The notes below the pieces were generated by a model. That model was not told where the DNA came from and ran no database searches. It was given only the letters and a program-made list of their open reading frames with translations. A program made the translations under genes and the position numbers. Shown one piece after another: positions 1-14,236 of a stretch of 64,000 nt of DNA. Position 1 is the first letter of the stretch, and the number at the start of each line of letters is the position of its first letter. The stretch is from Octopus vulgaris (Eukaryota), in contig OX597838.1 in NCBI GenBank assembly GCA_951406725.2, forward strand, positions 23,870,001-23,934,000, given 5' to 3'.

Positions 1-84
1 GGTGCTTTTTACGTGCCACCTGCACCTTCTATCCCTTAGATGGTTATTTTAACCTCTAACTCAGCTAACTTTATATATTGTCAG

Positions 85-150
85 AATGATGTAGACACCT
101 CTGATGAGAACCCAATAAGGTTTGAAAATTGATTAAGGTTGTTCATCATT
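85..150 (+). ncRNA. Minimal type-I hammerhead ribozyme motif
   Basis: ACCT-CTGATGA-GAACC(caataa)GGTTT-GAAA-ATTGAT-TA-AGGT. Helix I ACCT/AGGT with distal AATGATG/CATCATT; near-palindromic helix III. Confidence 0.75.
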
Positions 151-204
151 TTTTTCAGTCTGCGGAGAATTGGCTAAATTTTGCCCTGTTTATAATTTTA
201 CCTA

Positions 205-588
205 TGGCGCTCCGTTGGTCATGATGACGAGGGTTCCAGTTGATCCAATCAATGGAAAAACCTGCTCTTGAAATTAACGTGCAAGTGGCTGAGCATTCCA
301 CAGACTCACAGACGTGTACCCTTAACGTTGTTGTCAGGGAGATTCAGCGTGACACTGAGCGTGACAAGGCTGGCCCTTTGAAAATATAGGTACAACAGAT
401 ACAAGAAGAGTGAGAGAAAGTGTGGTGAAAGAGTACAGCAGGGTTTGCCATCGCCCCCCTTATGGAGCTTCGAGGAGCTTTAAGAGTTTTTGCTCAATAA
501 ACACTAACAATGTCCGGTCTGGGAATTGAAACTGCAATCCTATGACCGCGAGTCCACTGCCCTAACCACTGGGCCATTGTGCCTCCAC
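205..588 (-). mobile_element. tRNA-derived SINE (same family as 61317-61705)
   Basis: Minus strand begins GTGGAGGCACAATGGCCCAGTGGTTAG (A box) with B-box-like GTTTCAATTCC; body colinear with the 61317 copy. Confidence 0.85.
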
Positions 589-1548
589 ATAATTGTACCA
601 TATGTTACACACACACACAGACACACACATATGTATGTGTGTGTGTGTGTGTACAACAATAACAACAACATTCTAAAGAACACTCTTCATATGCTTATAT
701 ATTTGTAATGTAACAGTTGTCACAGTGTGTGTACCAGCCCTGCACATGTTCCTAAGGTTAGCTAATATCATGCCCCTTCATATCCTCCCTCCTACTTCTC
801 ATTCAACATATTCAACCCCTGCCAGAATTAGGTACTTCAGTTAATTTTTTTGGTTTGATTTTCCCCGTGTTTTTTATTTTTATTTTTCTGCTTGCTTGGT
901 TGATTTCACGATCACCTAAAACTAAGATATCTCAGAAATAACTGAAGCAAGAATGCATATTTTATTTTATTCTTTTGATAATTATTTAGTAAAATGAATA
1001 AAAAAAATATGCATTTATTGTTTTTTTTTATTTATTTATTATTATTATTTTTTTTTTTGCTTTCCTGAATGTTGCTTTTATGAAATATAATGTAGTCCTC
1101 CATCAAGCTCTATTCAACATTCAATATGTCTAACACTGAGCATGCTACTTATGTTGGGAATATGAAAAACGAAATCCAATAGAATTATAGGGTTTTTGTG
1201 AAACAAAACAAGAAAAAATTTTTAATGAAAATGAATACTGAAATAATATAGAAATATGTTCAGGCAAAAACACACACACACAAAAACATACTTGCATACA
1301 GAAGCATGTTGAGATAATAAAGTAAAAACAAAAACAAGAAAAGTCTGTTGTTTGCTGAACTCGCTATTATAGCAATGAAAGAGGGAGAAAGAAATAGAAA
1401 CAAATATATATGTGTATGTGTGTATATATGTGTGTGTGTGTATATATATATGCATGTATATGTGTCTGTATATATATATATATATATGTGTATACATATA
1501 TGTGTGTGTATATATGTGTGTATATATATATATATGTGTGTGTGTATG

Positions 1549-1591
<43 letters not shown>

Positions 1592-2398
1592 GTTAAGGGA
1601 AAAATCTATGTACTTCAGGAAAGAGAACTACTTTTTCTCTTTTTTCTCTCAGTGGAAGAAAAAAGAGAGCAGTATTCAAGGTAAGCTATTGATGTATTGA
1701 TTGGTCTACCAACTGATACATCTCGAGTTCAAATCCAGCAAACATGCAAACAGGCATGGGCTGGGTGTTTAAGAAGTTTGCTTTACAACCACGGGGTTCA
1801 GGGTCCAACCTCGCACTGTGATACCTTCTACTGCAACTCTAGGTTGACCAATACCCGGTGAGTGTAATTTGGTAAGCGGAACTGTGTAAAAGCAGTGATT
1901 GTTTGTGTGTCCCTCTCTTATATATATATATATATATATATACACACGCAAACACACATATATACACGCATACATATATATATCATCATCATCACCATTT
2001 AAATGTCTGTTTTCCATGCTGGCATAGGTTGGATGGTTTGACTTGGGACTGGCAAGCCAGTAGGTTGTGCCAGGCTCCAATCTGATCTGCCAAGGTTTCT
2101 ACAGTGGGATGCTCTTCCTAATGCCAACCACTCCAAGAGTGTAGTGGGTGCTTTTTACATGCCACCGACACAGGAGCTTGTTGGAGGAGAAACTGGCATT
2201 GACCACATTTGGATGGTACTTATTACGTGCCACCAACACGTGTGCCAGCCAGGTGGCACTGGCAACAGCCACAACTATATATATATATATATATATATTT
2301 GTTGAAATGGAAAGATGTGGCCTTTGAAACATGTGTAGAATGTAATAAAAGGAATTCTGTACAATCTTCGTTCAACTCCATTTCTTCCATTCACTAAT

Positions 2399-2434
<36 letters not shown>

Positions 2435-3729
2435 TGCAAACACACATATATATGCACACATACATATACGATTGTATGCCAGGTGAAATGCTTAGCAATA
2501 TTTTGCCTGCCCTTATGTTCAGAGTTCAAATTCTGCCGAGGTCGACTTTGCCTGTCATCCTTTTGGGGTCGATAACTTAAGTACCAATTGTGTACTGTTG
2601 TCGATCTAATCAACTGGCCCCCTCTCCCAAAATTTCAGGCCTCGTGCTTAGAGTAGAAAAGAATAGTCAACAGCCTCTGATTTTAACATTTATTTCCTTA
2701 TGACACCCATAAACTAATGTAATATAAAAAAAAAAATGTCGCCCTTTTCAAGCCTAGCTAGGCTCATGGGCTTGGTTTCCCAGTTTCCCGGTTTCTGTGG
2801 CATATGTGTTCTCCCCAGCTGGACGGGATGCCAGTCCATCGCAGCATTACTCAAGAAACCAGAAGAAAGAGTGAAAGAAAGTTGGGGTGAAAGAGTACAA
2901 CAGGGTTCACAACTACCCCCTGCCGGAGCTTCGTAGAGCTTTTTTAGGTGTTTTTGCTCAATAAACACACACAACTCCCAGTCTGGGAATCGAAACTGCA
3001 ATCCTCCAACCACGAGTCTGCTGCCCTAACCACTGGGCCATTGCGACTCCACAAACTAATGTAATATAGTTGGGATTAATGTTTATGCAATTGCTGTTGT
3101 TCATGTTCTTGTTGTTGTTGCCTATCCTCCCCTTCACCACCCTGCTACACACACACACAAACACCCTGGTCACCTTCTGATAGAACAAGTCTAATGAAAA
3201 CTGGTTTTAATTCTCATGCAGGTATAACAGAATTGCAGATACGTCTCACTTATCCCAAAGGCAATGATGATGACAATGACGATGATGCTAATGATGACAA
3301 TGACAATGATGATGATGATGCTAATGATGACAATGACGATGATGATTATGATGACAACAATGATAATGATGACAATGACAACGATGATGATGATAATTAC
3401 AAGAACAGTAAAGATGGGGATTATGATAATACTTAAATTGTACTTTATTCTATTGACCCCGAAAGGATGAAAGGCAATGTTGACTTCAGCAGTATTTGAA
3501 CTCAGAACATAAAGAGCTGGAAGAGACGCCACAAGGCATTTTATCTAGTACATCGACAGTTTTACTAGTTCACAACCTTATAATACTAATAATAGTAAAT
3601 GCCCTGATGCAGTAGCAGGCAGTGGCTCTCATGGCTTCTGATCTTAACTGACTGGAAGTGTTATTGTATATACTGTTTTGTCTTGGTATAAAAGATGGAC
3701 TACAGCAAATATTCTGCTCAATAATGCAG

Positions 3730-5075
3730 AATTTCACCAAGAACATCATCTTTCTTGCTCACCACTAATCTTCCATAGCTTGCTAGTTGTGGAACATTGA
3801 CTGATTCTGTTGTTCAACGAGAAGAAGGCACTGAGTGCCTAGTGACATTCCAGAATCCAGGCACCCTGTCTCAGTTTTTTGCTTCACTCAGACCTGCAGC
3901 TCCATCAAGGAGGCAAACTGTGGAAAGACATGCCTCAGGAACAGTGCTCGCAAAGGTTTACCATCAAGGAATCTCCGCAGGTGGCACCCACTGGCACTGG
4001 CTCTCCATTAGTTAAGAAGACAAGGGTTCCAGTTGATCCAATCAATGGAACAGCCCGCTCGTGAAATTAACGTGCGAGTAGCTGAGCACTCCACAGACAT
4101 GTGTACCCTTAATGTAGTTCCCAGGGAGATTCAGTGTGACACAGAGTGTGACAAGGCTGTCCCTTTGAATTACAGGTACAGTTCACTTTTGCCAACTGAG
4201 TGGACTGGAGCAATGTGAAATAAAGTGTCTTGGTCAAGGATACAATGTGCTGCTGGGAATTGAACTCATGATCTTATGACTGTGAGCTGAATACCCTAAC
4301 CACTAAGCCATGTATCTGCACACCAGCAGCCACGTGCCTGCAGGTAGTACAGCCTCAACATGTGGCTGCATGCCAGCAGCCATGGGTCTGCAGGTAGCAC
4401 AGTCTCAACATATGCATGCACACCACCAGCCATGGGTCTACAGGTAGCACAGCTTCAACATGTGGCTGCACACCAGCAGCCATGGGTCTGCAGCTAGCAC
4501 AGCCTCAACATGTGGCTGCATGCCAGAAGCCACAGGTCTGCAGGTAGCACAGCCTCAACATGTGCCTGCACACCAATAACCATGGGTCTGCAAGTAGCAT
4601 GGCCTCAGCATGTGCCTGCATACCAGCAGCCACGGCATATCTAAACTGCTGTGCAGAGGGTGCTGGCACAAGATGGACCACCTAACCAGTGGACCATATC
4701 CTTTCTGCAAGAAATTGAATAACAGAGACTCCAATTTCATCAGATGGTAACTAAGCTAAGGCATGAAGGTCAGGCAGTAAACTCTAACGGAAATGACATA
4801 GGCATCCGCCACTTCTATCTACCTTTGAGGGACAGCCTCCACTTGGTCCATTCCAGGGTGAGACTGGAATCCCTATTTGCACCTTGTCTCAGTTTCAGTC
4901 CACTTAGAGGTTGGAACTGACCAAGCTCCAAGCGGTTTAACTTGTTCATCAATCCAATGTCCCACAATGCCATTTGATGGCATGGACCTACTTCTACAGA
5001 TTCCCAGCTGCAAGCCCACCGACATGTCCATATTGATCTTCACCTCTGCCATCAGCTCATATTCCCTTACAATTA
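3730..5075 (-). pseudogene. Degraded Tx1/L1-clade LINE ORF2 fragment, interrupted by a SINE and a minisatellite
   Basis: Translations KINMDMSVGLQLGICRSRSMPSNGIVGHW and GAWILECH...GRLVVSKKDDVLGEI align by eye to KINREKSVGLQLSTWIGKSMPSDSVVGRW and SEWHKECR...GLVESECDDGLGAI of the LINE at 56-58 kb. Confidence 0.8.
4308..4633. repeat. 50-bp minisatellite, about 6.5 copies
   Basis: CAGCAGC-like start recurs at 4324, 4374, 4424, 4474, 4524, 4574 and 4624. Confidence 0.95.
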
Positions 5076-6289
5076 TTTTTACCAAAGGCGTGGCTGTATG
5101 GTTAAAGAGATTGCTTCCTAACCACATGGCTCTGGGTTCAGTTCCACTGCATGTCACTTTGAGCAAGTGTGTTCTATTATAACCCCAGGCCAACCAAAGC
5201 CTTATGAGTGGATGTGGTAGATTAGTAAGGTAAGGTAAAGGTAAACTGATATGACACTGCATTGACACACAACCGCAGAAATTGTATTCACCTCAATAGA
5301 CGTCATTGATTGGTTGAAATTGCTGAAATGCAAGAAATTTAACAAGAAATAGTTTACAAAGTACAGAATTTTCTCACGAAAGCCAAGAGAGAAAGATGTT
5401 TTATGTAACACACTACCAGTATACGAAGTTTAAAAGTATTTAGTTAGAAAGAAATTATTTTAAAAATTTGCCGGTCAAAGTGAAAAGATCCAAAAATTGT
5501 TCAAATATTCTTTGGACAAACAAGGACAGACAAACGAATTAAGTCGATTACATTGACCCCAGTGCATAACTGGTACTTAATTTATCGACCCCAAAAGGAT
5601 GAAAGGCAAAGTTGACCTCGGCGGAATTTGAACTCATAACGTAACGGCAAACGAAATACGGCTACGCATTTCGCCCGGCATGCTAACGGTTCTGCCAGCT
5701 CGTATTATAGAAATATAACCAGTTTATTGCAAATAAATTTTAACAACAAAATCTTATGTGGACTCCCCACTATCACCACCATCAAGGGCCATATAGACCC
5801 AAGATGAGAGCCACTGTGTTAGATGGAAACTAAAAGAAGCCTTTAGCATATGTATAAGTATGTGTATGTGTGTGGGGGTTGTGCCGTCTCCTTGTCTTGA
5901 CATCGTGGGATAGTTGTAAATGAACATCACCGTCATACAAGCGGGGTAGTTTGTTTCAAAACCTTCTGTGGAAACATGTCCAGCCGTGGGGAAATATTTA
6001 CCTTGCTTGAAAACCATGAATGTTGGTGACTAGAAGGGCGTCCAGCTGTAGACAATCTGCCTCAACAAATTTTGTCCAAAGCATGGAAAAGTGGACATTC
6101 AATGATGATGATGATGATGGACACAAAGACAGAAATTTTGGCAGTGATGGTGGAAGGTGTACAGTTGATTATATCGACTGTAGTGCTTGATTGATACTTA
6201 ATTCTATTGTGAAAGATGAAAGTGGATGCTAAATACCACAAGGTATTTTCGTCCGACACTAACGACTCTGTTGTAATAATCCTGGTAAT

Positions 6290-6810
6290 AATAAGAATGA
6301 CGATGAAAATGCTGCTGCTACTGATGATGATGGTGGTGGTGGTGATGATGGTAGTGATAATGGTGATGGTGATAATGAAGAAGAGAAGGAAGATGATAAT
6401 GATGATGGTGGTGATGATGGTGGTGGTGGTGGTGGTTGTGGTGGTAATGATGATGGTGCTGGTAGTGATAATGGTGATGGTGATAATGAAGAAGAGAAGG
6501 AAGATGATAATGATGATGGTGGTGGTGGTGGTGGTTGTGGTGGTAATGATGATGGTGATGGTGATGATGATGGTAGTGATAATGGTGATGGTAATAATGA
6601 AGAAGAGAAGGAAGATGATAATGATGATGGTGGTGGTGGTGGTTGTGGTGATAATGATGATGGTGGTGGTTGTAGTGGTAATGATGATGATGGTAGTGAT
6701 AATGGTGATGGTGATAATGAAAATGATAATGATGATGGTGGTGCTGATGATGATGATGATGGTGATAATAATGGTGGTGCTGATGAAGGTAACGGTGATG
6801 ATGATAAACA
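6290..6810. repeat. Compound (GAT/GGT)n microsatellite with a higher-order repeat
   Basis: Recurrent ATAATGAAGAAGAGAAGGAAGATGATAATG blocks within triplet repeats. Confidence 0.9.
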
Positions 6811-8284
6811 TGGCAAATGTGAAGTCGTGTGTTGATTAATTTTTCTCTTTCACCCTCTCCATCTTTCTTTAAACTGTTCAGTTGCAATGAGCAGTCGTTT
6901 AAAGAAAGACGGTGTGTGTGTGTGTGTGTGCATGAGTGTGTGTGTGTATGGACGGGGGGTAGCGTTTGGTGCTGGGAGTGAAAAAGGAGGGAGAAAGCGT
7001 GGAAACAACTTGTTTACGCATAACGAGATAATGATTTTTCTAGAGTAAAGAATTAAGAGAGAGAATTATTCCACTGATTTCCCAAGATACTCCAGACATT
7101 TGTTTCCTCCAGTAAAATTTACCGAACTTCAATCTAATTCCTCCAACCACCACCACCACCACAACCACTACCACCTGTGCATAAGTGTATGCATGCGTAT
7201 GCACGTGCGTGTGTGAATGATTCTGTTGTTTTTAAACAACACCTTCTTATCATTTGCACAGGTATTTGTGCTAATTACAATTTTATTTTCTTTCTTTAAA
7301 CAAACAAAAGCTGAAAATTAACAAAAAGAATGAAAAGACGAGATAAAATTGCAAAATAAATTAAAAATAAAAAAGAAAATCTCTATGAATTATTCAAAAT
7401 TTTCTTCTTTTTTTTTTTTGCTTTTTAATATTTTTACCTTTTAAAGTTCCCTCAGGTGAACCGAGTTAGGCAAGTGCAACAAAAACAACCAACAAAAAGA
7501 TCTGCATATCATCATAATTATCCAGTTGTTTTATTTTTATTCCATGCTTTCGCTGAACATAGCTCAGCGGGCCGTAGGTATACGCTGTGATGTTTTAGCA
7601 TTGTTATTTTTACTGTATTAAAATGGTGTTGAGATAACCATTATTATTATTATTATTATTATTAGCGCCGCCTCGACTGGCTTCCGTGCCGGTGGCACAT
7701 AAAATACACCAATCTGACCGTGGCCGTTGCCAGCCTCGCCTGGCACCTGTGCAGGTGGCACGTAAAAAGCACCCACTACACTCACGGAGTGGTTGGCGTT
7801 AGGAAGGGCATCCAGCTGTAGAAACATTGCCAGATAAGACTGGAGCCTGGTGCAGCCTTCTGGCTTCCCAGATCCCCGGTCGAACCGTCCAACCCATGCT
7901 AGCATGGAGAACGGACGTTAAACGATGATGATGATGATGATTGAGGAGGAGACCCCCATCAGTCATGAATGATCATGGGATTGTACCTAGAAAGTTACCC
8001 TCAGAGGCACAAGTCTGGGCAAGATTGTTTTTGTGGAAGGCTAGCAGTTGCCCATGCATACCAGCCTTTCCTCTCCACACCACTCCTGTTATCCAAGGGA
8101 AAGGCAGAGGCTGATACAGCTTGGCACCAGTGACGTCGCAACTCATTTCTACAGCTGAGCTAACTGGAGCAATGTGAAATAAAGTGTCTTGCTCAAGAAC
8201 ATAACACACAGCCTGGTCTAGGAATCGAACTCACAACCTCACGATTGTAAGCTCGATGCTCTGACCACTGAGCCATGCACCTTC

Positions 8285-8697
8285 ACTATTATTATTATTA
8301 TTGGCAGCAAGCTGGAAGAATTGTTAGCATGCTGAGCGAAATGCTTAGTGATATTTCGTCTGCCGTTACGTTCTGAGTTCAAATTCCACCAAGGCCGACT
8401 GTGCCTTTCATCCTTTCGGGGTCGATAAATTAAGTACCAGTTGAGGTTCTGGGGTCAATGTAATCGACTGTCCCCATCCCGCCAAATTTCAAGCCTTGTG
8501 CCTATAGTAGAAAGAAAGGATTATTATTGGTGGCGAGCTGGCAGAATCGTTAGCACACCAGGCAAAATGCTCAACAGCATTTCATCTGTCCTTACATTCT
8601 GAGTTCAAATTCTGTTGAGGTTAACTTTGCCTTTCATCCTCTCAGGGTCGATAAATTAAGGACCAGTCAAGTACTAGGGCTTGTGCCTATATTAGAA

Positions 8698-8729
<32 letters not shown>

Positions 8730-8970
8730 GGTGGCAAGCTGGCAGAATTGTTGGCATGCCAAGCAAAATACTTAGCCAAAATTGACTTTGCCTTTCATCC
8801 TTTCAGGGTCAATATATTAAGTACCAGTGGAACACTGGGGTTGATGTAGTTGACTATCACTCCCCCCCCAAATGTCAGGCCTTGTGCCTTTAGTAGAAAG
8901 GATTATTATTATTATTATTATTATCATTATTATTATTATCCGGCAAGCTGGCAGAATGGTCAGCATGCTG
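8285..8970 (+). mobile_element. Head-to-tail cluster of (ATT)n-tailed SINEs
   Basis: Three to four copies of GGC(A/G)AGCTGGCAGAA...GCCTTTCATCCTTTCGGGGTCGATAAA...CCTTGTGCC..TAGTAGAAAG separated by (ATT)n. Confidence 0.85.
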
Positions 8971-9303
8971 GATCAAACAGCAAGAGACAAACATAAATAT
9001 ACTCATACACAGATGTACACACATGCACATACATCATATGCATACACACTTATTAATAAAAGCATACATTGATTTCAAATTTGTGCACAGGGCCAGAAAT
9101 TTTGGGGAAGGGGTTAAATCAGTTATATTGAATCTGATGCTCAACTGGTGCTTATCTTATTGACCCTGAAGTTATGAAAAACAAAGTCCACCTTGGCAGA
9201 ATTTGAACTCAGAATGTAAAGAATGACAAAATACTACTAAGCATTTCATCCGGTATGCTGATATTTCTTCCATCTCACTGCCCTGCAAATATATATATAT
9301 ATA

Positions 9304-10838
9304 TTGGGTCATCCCATAAATAATGCAGTTTTTCTATACTTCTTTTATTTTTCAAAATTAATATAAACAAAGTTCTTTTTTAATCTAAAATATACTCTCC
9401 TCCATTTTCTACGATAGTCTTCCATCTATTCACTTGTCTGTGACAAAAAAATACTCCTCCAGTACTGTTCTGACCTCATCTACAGAATTCATATATTTTC
9501 TGTCCAAGTGATTTTGAAGACTGTGGAGAATAAATGATAATCTGATGTGGCAATGTCCAGTGAATATGGTTGGCAAGGCATCGTTTTATATTCTAACTAC
9601 TCCAGCCTTTGGAAAGTCATGCTCGCTGTATGTGGCCGAACATTATCCTGATAGAAGGATTATTTTTTGTTTGTTCCTTCTTGAGCCATGCCTGGCTCAT
9701 AAGGGCTGGTTTCCTGGTTTCAATGGCATATAGGTTCCCCACCTGGACGGGACGCCGGTCCGTTGCAGGTGAGCTGCAAGATGCAGGAGGAAAGAGTGAG
9801 AAAAAGTTGTGGCGAAAGAGTCAGCAGAAGTTTGCCATTACCTTCTGCCGGAAGGCCATGTGGAGCTTAGGTATTTTGCTCATAAACACACACATCGCCC
9901 GGTCTGAGATTCGAACCCGCGAGTCCGCTGCTCTAACCACTAGGCCATGTGCCTCCACACCTTTTATCTTGAAACCAAACATGGTAATCTTTCTTCTAGC
10001 ACTGACTTAAGGCACTTAAGCTGCTTGCAGTAGATCTTTGTTATTTTTGGTTTGGGTTTAAAAGTCCAAAGCGGACTAAACCTTTCTTATCTCATCAAAC
10101 AGATAACAACACTTTATGTGGGTGAAGATCTTTAGGCTGGGGTGCCAGTGTTTCTCCTTTTCCTACCCACTGTCTTTGGTGCTTGACTTTTTTATAGAGA
10201 ACCCATTTTCTATCACCAGTCACTATTTGGTCCGAAAAAGGTTCATTTACGAGACATGACAGCAAAGAAGAGCACACATTCACTTTTTGCACACAATTAG
10301 ACACAGAAAGTTTGTGAGAAACCCATTGACTCGATTTTCTGACTTTTCCGATGGCATGTAGGTGTCAATGAATGGTTGAATGATCAAATCCATGCTTCTC
10401 TGCTAGTTCCTCAATAGTTACAGTGGGATTTTGTTCCACCAGGGTTTGCAGGACGTCCTTGTTGAGCCCTACAGATCTTCCAGGACAAAGCTCATCTTCT
10501 AGGCTGTAGTTTCCGGCTCGAAATTTCTGGAACCACCTTTGACACTGGTTTACGCTTATTGTCTGATCCCGATATACTGCATTAATATTCCTTGCACTTT
10601 CCATTGCGTTGTTGCCTTTATTGAACTCATAAAGCTAAATATGCCAAATGTGCTTCTTTGTCACTTCCAAATGACTGTTAAAATCAAACTGCAATCTTCA
10701 AAATTTGCACTAAGAATAAGAAGAAGGTAAAATTACTACCTGCATGTATAGCAAGTTGATGCAGGTAGTTTATCCTGTCCCCCTCTAACTTTTAGTTCAT
10801 GCAACTGAAAAAACCGCATTATTCATAGGATGACCCAA
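9304..10838 (-). mobile_element. Mariner transposon, full extent, transposase pseudogenised
   Basis: TIRs TTGGGTCATCCCATAAATAATGCAGTTTTT / AAAAACCGCATTATTCATAGGATGACCCAA flanked by TA; fragments QRWFQKFRAGNYSLEDE..GR (HTH) and IVTGDRKWVLY...HPHKVLLSV (catalytic region); frameshifts and a SINE insertion. Confidence 0.93.
9662..9958 (-). mobile_element. tRNA-derived SINE nested in the mariner
   Basis: Minus strand GTGGAGGCACATGGCCTAGTGGTTAGAGC...GGTTCGAATCTC (A and B boxes). Confidence 0.85.
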
Positions 10839-11159
10839 TATATATATATATATATGGTCCTACCCATGCATGTATGGAAGACAGACGTTAAACAATTATT
10901 ACCTTTGAAACGCGGAGTAGATGAAACAGAGGCGGCTGAAGAAGGGGAATGTTCCTTGTGTTGTATGTCTTGTACTCTATTTTTTCGTTGTTTAAGAAAA
11001 ATGTCCATTTCCTTGGTTTTGTTTTTTATGTTTTCGTTTCTCATTGTGTTCGACGTTTTTTTGGTGTCCTGTACCCATATATGCATGTATATATACATGT
11101 AGATGTAGGTACGTACATATATGTATGTATATATGCATATGTTTTATTTGTTAATTTGT

Positions 11160-11209
<50 letters not shown>

Positions 11210-11228
11210 GTATATATATAGAGAGAGA

Positions 11229-11366
11229 GTCTGGTACATTTAACCCCCATGGACAATAACGCCCCCCCCACCCCAAGGATAATTACCCCCGAGGACAACA
11301 GATGATGATTTAAAGCTTAATATATTGGAGAGGAGGTTATTAACCAAGGTGGGTAATTGCGCTGAT

Positions 11367-11417
<51 letters not shown>

Positions 11418-11578
11418 GTATATATATAGAGAGAGAGTCTGGTACATTTAACCTCCATGGACAATAACCCCCCACCCCACCCCAAGGATAATTACCCCCG
11501 AGGACAACAGATGATGATTTAAAGCTTAATATATTGGAGAGGAGGTTATTAACCAAGGTGGATAATTGCCCTGATACA
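11229..11578. mobile_element. Tandemly duplicated ~140-bp MITE-like unit embedded in (TA)n
   Basis: Two near-identical copies (about 11229-11368 and 11438-11578) with imperfect terminal inverted repeats. Confidence 0.7.
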
Positions 11579-14236
11579 ATATATATATGTATATATAATG
11601 CAGCAAGTTGGCAGAATTGTTAGCATTCTGGGCAAAATGCTTAGCAGTATTCCGTCCATTATTATGTTCTGAGTTCAAATTCCACTGATGTTGACTATGC
11701 CTTTCATCCTTTTGGGGTTGATAAAATAAAGTACCATTTGAGCTCCAGGGTCATTGTAATCAACATACCCATTCTTCTGAAATTATTGACCCTGTATAAA
11801 AATTTGAAACCAATATATGTGTGTGTGTGTGTGTCAACATACATGCATGCACACTGCCGGCTTATACTCTGTTTCCACTTACCAAATTCTCTCAACAAGG
11901 CATTAATCATAATCAACTCAAGGCTATAGTAGAAGACACTTGTCCACTAGCCCAAGGTGCTGAGCAGAGGGACCGATCCCACAAAAACCATGTGGTTGCA
12001 TAGCATACCTGCTAACCAAACAGCCATGCTTGCATCTACAGACAATTTCCTTAAAATGGAAGCAAACACACGACATGGCCTTGTGTGTAATGGAAAAAGA
12101 AAAATCAATTTTTTTTACTCTTACAACTATTAACAATGACTTTTGGTAGTCTATTTCAATTAGTAGTAATTAAATTGGATTATTGGCAGTAATTGATAAT
12201 TAGTTTCAAGTAGCTTTAGTTAGTCGCTTGGTCAATTTTATAAAGACAGGCCATGTAGCTGAGTAGAGCTGATACTGCCCTACCCTCACCCCTATTCTAC
12301 AGCCTGACGCTTGTTCCACCCCATCTCCCGTCTCGTTTTATCAATCGACACTTCAAACGTCAAATTGCCTTTGCTGCAATTTGAAACCAGAAGGCTGAGA
12401 GGCCGAGAATTAGAAGATGCTGCTGCTGATGATGATAATGGTTTCTGATTTAGGTACCAGGCCAGCAATCTCGAGGGGAATGGCTTGGTCAATACCATTA
12501 ACCCCAGTACACAACTGGTACACCTATCTATTGTTATTTTTCTTTTCTTTTTACTTGTTTCAGTCATTGGATTTCGACCATGCTGGGGCACCGCCTTGAA
12601 GAATGTTAGTCAAACAAATCAACCTAGAACTATTTTTTCTAATTAAGCCTGGTACCTCTTCTATCAGTCTCTTTTTGCTGAACCACTAAGTTACAGGGAC
12701 ATAAACACACAAACACCGGTTGTCAAGCAGTGGGGGAGGGACAAGCACAAAGACACACACACATATATACATACATACACGATGAGCTTCTTTCAGTTTC
12801 TTTCTACCAAATCCATTCACAAGACTTTGGTTGACCTGAAGCTATGGTAGAAGACATTTGCCCAAGGTATTATGCCATGGGACTGAACCCAGTACCATGT
12901 GGTTAGGAAGCAATCTCCTTACCACAACTGGGTATTTATTTTGTCAAGCTTAAAGGATGAAGTGTAAAGTGGGGGTGGTAGGGCAAACATAGGCACAAAA
13001 ACACACACACACTGTAAGAGAATTTGGTAGTTAGAAACTCAAAGAAGCCTGCCATACATATGTATATAAGTATGTATATATGTGTGTTTGTGTGTGTGTG
13101 TGTTTGTCCCCTCCTTTACTACTGCTTGACAATAGGTGGTGTGTTTATGTCCCCGTAACTTAGTGGTTCAGCAAAAGACACCGCTAGAATAAGCACCAAA
13201 TTTACAAAAGAAAATGTACTGAGGTTTATTCATTTGACTAAAGAAAAACTTCTTCAAGGCGATGCCCCAGCATGGCCACAGTCCAAAGACTGAAGCAAGT
13301 AAAAGATAAAAGAGACACACACACATTCACTGGCCTGAAACTTGTTGAAGGTGCCCTGCAGTGGGACTGAACCCAGAACCATGTGGTTGGGAAACAAACT
13401 TCTTACCACACAGCCACTCCTGCATCTAGTTAACATACATTACACACACACACATTACAAATACACATTAAATACATTTACATACATACATACATAAATG
13501 TGTGTGTGTGAGAGAAAGAGAGATGGTCATGGTTGTGGTGTTGATCATCATCGTCATCATCATCATTTAACACCTAATGTCCATGCTGGCACAGGTTGGA
13601 CAATTTGACCAGGCTGTCATGTGGAAGACTTCTCCAGTCTGATTTGCCCTGGTTTTCTACAGTTGGATGCCCTTTCGTAATGCCAACCACTCTGAGAGTG
13701 TAATTAATGCTTTTTCATGCCACCGGCACTGGTGCCATTTGCATGACACCAGTATCTGCCATGACTGCGAGTTTGCTTGGCTTGGTGGTAGTATTTGTGG
13801 TTGTGGTTGTGGTGGCAATGAGGAGGGATTATGGTAGATTTGGTGGTGATTTTGATTGTTGTTATGATGATGTTGCTTTGTAAATGGCTGTGGTGGTAAA
13901 GTTTGTAAAGTGGTGGTGGTGGTGGTGATGGTGTAAGGAAGCAAACTTAAAGATTATATCCACAAACATCAAAAATGATGTTAGGAGTAGGTAGCTATGT
14001 GGTTGTTTGAACTGCTAGAAACAGCAGCCGGAAACATTTTGAACCACATCCTGAAGGCTGCATTGGGTAATGTAGTCTTAGGTACACTTATATTATAAAA
14101 AAAGTTCCTCATTGATCATAATCCGGTTCAGTCAGGGTTGACCTGGGATTAAACAACAACAACACCGACAATGGAATCCAGTGAGGCTTCTTGTAGTTGC
14201 TCAACCTGCAAGAAATAGTAACAAAATCTCACTTGA

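Noticed and set aside
4308-4633. CRISPR-like periodic repeat
   Set aside because: No unique spacers, eukaryotic context, unit derives from LINE sequence.
6216-6887. His-rich, Met/Val-rich and Ser/Pro-rich ORFs
   Set aside because: All are frames of one triplet microsatellite; no splice or codon evidence.
10900-10960. CCTTT-GAAA...CTGAAGA-AGGGG as a permuted (type II) hammerhead
   Set aside because: Helix I cannot form; at most pieces of a decayed tandem element.
12290-12393. Possible minus-strand exon (CTCTCAG| ... |GTGAGG)
   Set aside because: Stop codons in all three frames; only a short CAAATTGC/GCAATTTG inverted repeat remains.
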